Shown here: positions 43,690 to 64,000 of the stretch, piece by piece
Numbering within the stretch: position 1 is the stretch's first letter
How the letters are laid out: every line of letters begins with the position of its first letter
Assembly (NCBI GenBank): GCA_030141605.1
Contig: JAQGDQ010000019.1
Span: 1-64,000, forward strand
Direction: 5' to 3'
Source: Tubiluchus corallicola
Taxonomy: Eukaryota > Animalia > Priapulida
Length of the DNA stretch: 64,000 bases
Translations under genes and position numbers: made by a program
The notes under the pieces: generated by a model
Told to the model about the DNA's origin: nothing
The model's database searches: none
Seen by the model: only the letters and a program-made list of their open reading frames with translations

Positions 43690-43900
43690 GAAAACTGAGT
43701 CTGCTTGCATGTGCAAGATATTTTGATATGGAGAGGGCTTCTAAAAGAAATATTTTCAAAACATCATAAGTAAGTGTTCATATTAAGTTGACACTAAACG
43801 TAATGAACATGTTGTAGCTCCAATACTTTGTCGTCAACTATGAACATAAATATAGATATTAGTGACGGATTCATCTTTATTAAATTTAAATTCTATATTT
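43690..43900 (-). mobile_element. Possible decayed Penelope-like GIY-YIG fragment
   Basis: Minus-strand IGATTCSLRL...EH and KIFLLEALSISK resemble the YIGxT..EH and LEALxI motifs; heavily degraded. Confidence 0.3.
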
Positions 43901-46900
43901 CAACACGCAAAACAGATATTTCGAAGTCCAACCGGTTTTCAAAACAGATCAGCAAACAAAGTTCCAAATTTACAAAAGTAACCAGAAGAACTGCTATCAT
44001 TGAATTTGTCAAGCATATTTTATATTTGCTGTAAGTTGTAATTTCAAGCTCAGCACATTGTTATTACTGACTCCAAATTAACATCAGTTTCTTGGTGACT
44101 TTTTAGTGCAATATTCTATGTAACAAAAGAATATTTGCATCATAGTAGCTGCTTCCTCTATGCATATTACAATTACAATTAGAAAAAAGTCTGCCAATGT
44201 TGTCATATTCAAGGATTTATTGCGCTTATCTTTCTTTATTTTAGGGAGCCATCCTTTAAACCTTCATAATGTATTGAAGTACGCAGTACATGTAAGCACT
44301 TCTAGATATATTAAAATTTTTCTTTTTTACCCATGAATATAGATTTTTTTACTTTCAACATGAAGTTAAAAAGAAAATCACTAAACCATGACATAAGCTG
44401 AAAAATTGTTTTCATTTTATCATGTTTCAGCATAACTGTACAGCACATCACATTAAATAAAATTACCACAGTATCATGATAATAATTTGTAACTGTCAAA
44501 CACAGCCTCAAAACTAATTAAAATAAAACAAAATGGTGCAGTATGCATATTACAGAACGTTTTACGCATCACAACAAACGTTGTCAAGAGTAAATAAATA
44601 TATGCTTTTAATTAAAACTACAATGTGCATTCCTTTTAGAAGAAATTAATTACAAGTATATAGTTCATATTACAATACAGAAACATTTTTGCAGTTTTCT
44701 GCAAGAAAGGAATAATGTGGCTACAGTTTATGTATGTTTACTTTGTTTAGTAAATGGTAAAATTTTGTATCGAACATCTGGTTTACACTGTTTTAGCTTC
44801 TATTTTTGAAAATTGAAGCAATCACTATGAGTTACGTGAAATACGTGTTTTACGACTATCTTTCTACACAGAAATGCCATTGGGACGAATTTGATATTAG
44901 TTGACAGGAATAAACTGAGTGAACTGACAACAGTGAAAAGCTAGATTATCACTGAACAAGAAAATGTGTGAAACGAGGCAAATTCATATTTCTATACTTG
45001 GTTCTATATAAAAGAGTGAACAAATACATACATTCAATTTAGCTATTTAATTAGGCAATTTTGAAATATAGTAAAATATTGTTAAGATACTTTGTCATTT
45101 GCTATTAAATTTTTTTCACTTATTTCACAATTTTAATATCACATAATTCAGAAATTAAAGTCGTGAATGCTAATATTTCGTTTTGGAAATGAATTGTACA
45201 AGTCAGTCACTATCTAACACTTAAATACCACACATCTATAAAATAGAGCCAACTATATATACTTACATTTTATATCAATTACATTATATACATAAAAATA
45301 ACAATTTTACACCTTGAGTATGGACAAATAAATTATTTAATAAATTTTAACAAGATAAAAACATTTGGCTTAGTGATTTTCTACAGTGAAATGTGTCATT
45401 TATAATTGTTGCAATTCGCTGACAAAATAAATGCTCAAATGTCTGTAGATGTAAAACTGTAATATGTAACACTTAATTCTCATTAATGCTTCTCAAGTGC
45501 ACGATAAACGTAGGCATTTAGAACTCAAGTAAGTAATGTGGAGCACGAAAAGGTACCAGATTTGAAAAAATTACTTATAGTTAATACAAATACCACAGAA
45601 TTTCTACACCCAAAAAGCAAATTCCTCAAAGACTTATTTATTAGTTTTAAAAAAATGTTCAACACAGTACTTCAAATAGCATTATATGTGTAACAAAATA
45701 ACCCGATTTGTTCCACTTTGAACGATGTATTCAAGTTCCATTTCGAACAATATATTACATATTGTAGTAGTGTAACACCATTGTCATTCACAATGTACTT
45801 CATAGTAACGCTGGTGAGCAAACATGCATTCATAATATCCTAGCAAAAGAGTTTGAGAAATCAATGCAGATACAGACTTTAGGATAACCATCTTTTTTCA
45901 ACAGAGCTGCAGAAAAAGGCTACTGAAAAGAGGAGGCTACAGAAAGCTCTCTACAGGCAGCAGAATATGGTTCTAGATTATATGTATATTATGCTTTATT
46001 TGTTAATCTTAACATGAAGTTGTAAAACTTCACTTTGCATGTCATGAGCTTTGTAAAGCATATAACTTCAAACAGCATTTCCTGAGTCAATCTGAACACG
46101 AAGAAAGCTAGCTAATCATTAAAATTCCTGCTCTTAATTGTTATTCTAACATTCAGTGTCATTCCATAGAACATTATCATTAAAATGGTTAATTTCAGCT
46201 TGTTGTGCAAATGTAATAAAAACAATTAACTATATAAGGAAGATATGACCTTAACGACCATACGTATATCCAATAGTTATGACTAGAATTAGAATGTGAC
46301 TTGTTTATTATGTTGAGTGTTGATCAATAATCATGAAAAAAATTCGCTTGCTTGTATCACTGTCTCTGTCGGAAGACACACTGTTTCCGATGTTCGAGTT
46401 CATACACCTATATACATCGCAGTAAATCGATCTTTGGTTTTCGTGATTTAATACAACTGATATTAGGCAACATTTTTTACCATTTTGCTAGCTGAAACAA
46501 ACAAAAATTTATAAGTTAAGACAGTTTGGCAGACTGTTTGGTTGAGGACATTAAATAAATTTCATCCAATAAGAAGGTAGTTAGTGGCAATATAACATTT
46601 CATCTGCCACACAGTGCGACTCTATGTTAAGATGCAAACTACTGCAACTTGTAAACACTTAAACATTAAAAAAGTTTAAGATATCCACTGCAAGTTCAAC
46701 TATGCACAATAATTTTATGCAGCTTTGCAAAAACAAAAATCATTGTTTCAATTCTTTCAGTTTTTATTTTCTACAAGTACTATTTACAAATAAGTAAAAA
46801 CAGAAATTCTAATGTACTTCCACAAACTTATATATAGATAAGCAATAAACTTGCAAGGGTGGTCTACCCATCTACTGGCTTGATATTTTGCTTAGATGTG

Positions 46901-47284
46901 AAACAGCTCAGTGGCGGAACAGCAGGTTTGCTTGAGCACTTGGCTGATAAAGAATGAAAGCAATGATGCCAGAAAAGACAGAATCCACCCATAAACAGAA
47001 AAAGTAGGTCTTTCAAACTTAAAAAAGGTTCTAATGGGCAAATGGAAGATGGCAAACCAAAGGAATGTTGCTCACCTGTCAATAATGCATTTACTGGAGC
47101 TGTCATACATATGTTTTCAATTAGTTTTTACTTTGTATCAGCCAAGCCATTAGGCACTCACAAGCAAATTTGTTGCTTAACACAGGAGAGTCTTGATTAG
47201 TTTGTCCATAATTATGCTGGCATTTGTAAGGCTCCTTTTTGCAAGCTCAGAAATTTTAATCATCATACTTCAACTGTAAGTGAT

Positions 47285-63224
<15,940 letters not shown>

Positions 63225-64000
63225 CTGCAATAAAAATATTTCAGTAATACTTTCGAGCTTTTGAGCACAACATAGGCATTTCACGGCTTTCGATACGATC
63301 TTACCATTTCTGCAAAATGAATTTTCTGTCTATTGTTGAAAGGCAACGGTCAAATAAGAAACTGATTAGGAATAGATAAAGCGTCTATATGTGTTAAGTA
63401 AGTATCACCCCGGTTTTGATTATTTTCTGTATTTTTTCTTAGTCTTGTTTTGTCATCATCTTTCAGACGTTCACCCTATGCGTTTTACTGCGAAAAAATG
63501 TAGGCTGATTCTGAAAAAACCAGCGCCTGTCAATCAGAGTCTCACTTTAGCCAGAGTATAGTATTAAAATATCAAAAAAACGTATAAGCTTCCTTAGTAA
63601 ATGTATTCACGCGAGCTTGTCAATTCAAATGTACGTCTACGCCAAAATGGTTCACGCATATTGTTATGGCACTTTGCTTTCAAGAAGTGTTTTTGACTAA
63701 GCTTTTTAAATTTTTTTAGAATCACCTCTAAAGTGACGCAAATAGTAAGCGTGACAAACGAGAGGAGAGCAAAAAATGGTCAAAAAATGGTTAGAAACCA
63801 ACATGGTGGTAGAATCAACACATTGACGTGTTTGACTGATTTTGCATGTATGATAAGTATTACGCATGTAGTAACTGTATTCCACAGTATTTCTCCATTT
63901 TGCTGACCACTCATGCAGGCTAAATCATTTTCCATTTTAATTTCATTTTCTCCACATAATTATGGAAATGATATAAGAATACTGTTGAGATTGCCAAAGG

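Overview
AT-rich, intron-rich genomic DNA from an invertebrate animal (eukaryote; no prokaryotic features). 1-8998: a full-length Ty3/gypsy LTR retrotransposon with ~1 kb LTRs (~97% identical by manual count), a perfect tRNA-Pro PBS, gag with a CCHC knuckle, a -1 frameshift signal (G_TTA_AAC plus pseudoknot), a twice-frameshifted pol (PR-RT-RH-IN), a PPT, and an extra ORF in the env position. That ORF starts directly after a splice acceptor and encodes a C2H2 zinc-finger/NLS/Ser-rich protein, not an envelope. Four host genes follow: IGBP1/alpha4/TAP42 (+, 9 exons, one GC-AG intron), synergin gamma SYNRG (-, 16 coding exons), an intronless RBBP4/7 (+) whose ATG is 165 bp from the SYNRG ATG, and the 3' part of a PDE4/dunce gene (-, 13 exons, continues past the window end). 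A 1.1 kb TG..CA TIR element sits exactly at the IGBP1 start codon, and its 5-bp TSD (ATGGC) regenerates the ATG. Introns hold hAT-, Mutator- and pogo/Tigger-like elements, LINE fragments, a 61-bp minisatellite and microsatellites. All exon models were read by eye and need RNA confirmation.
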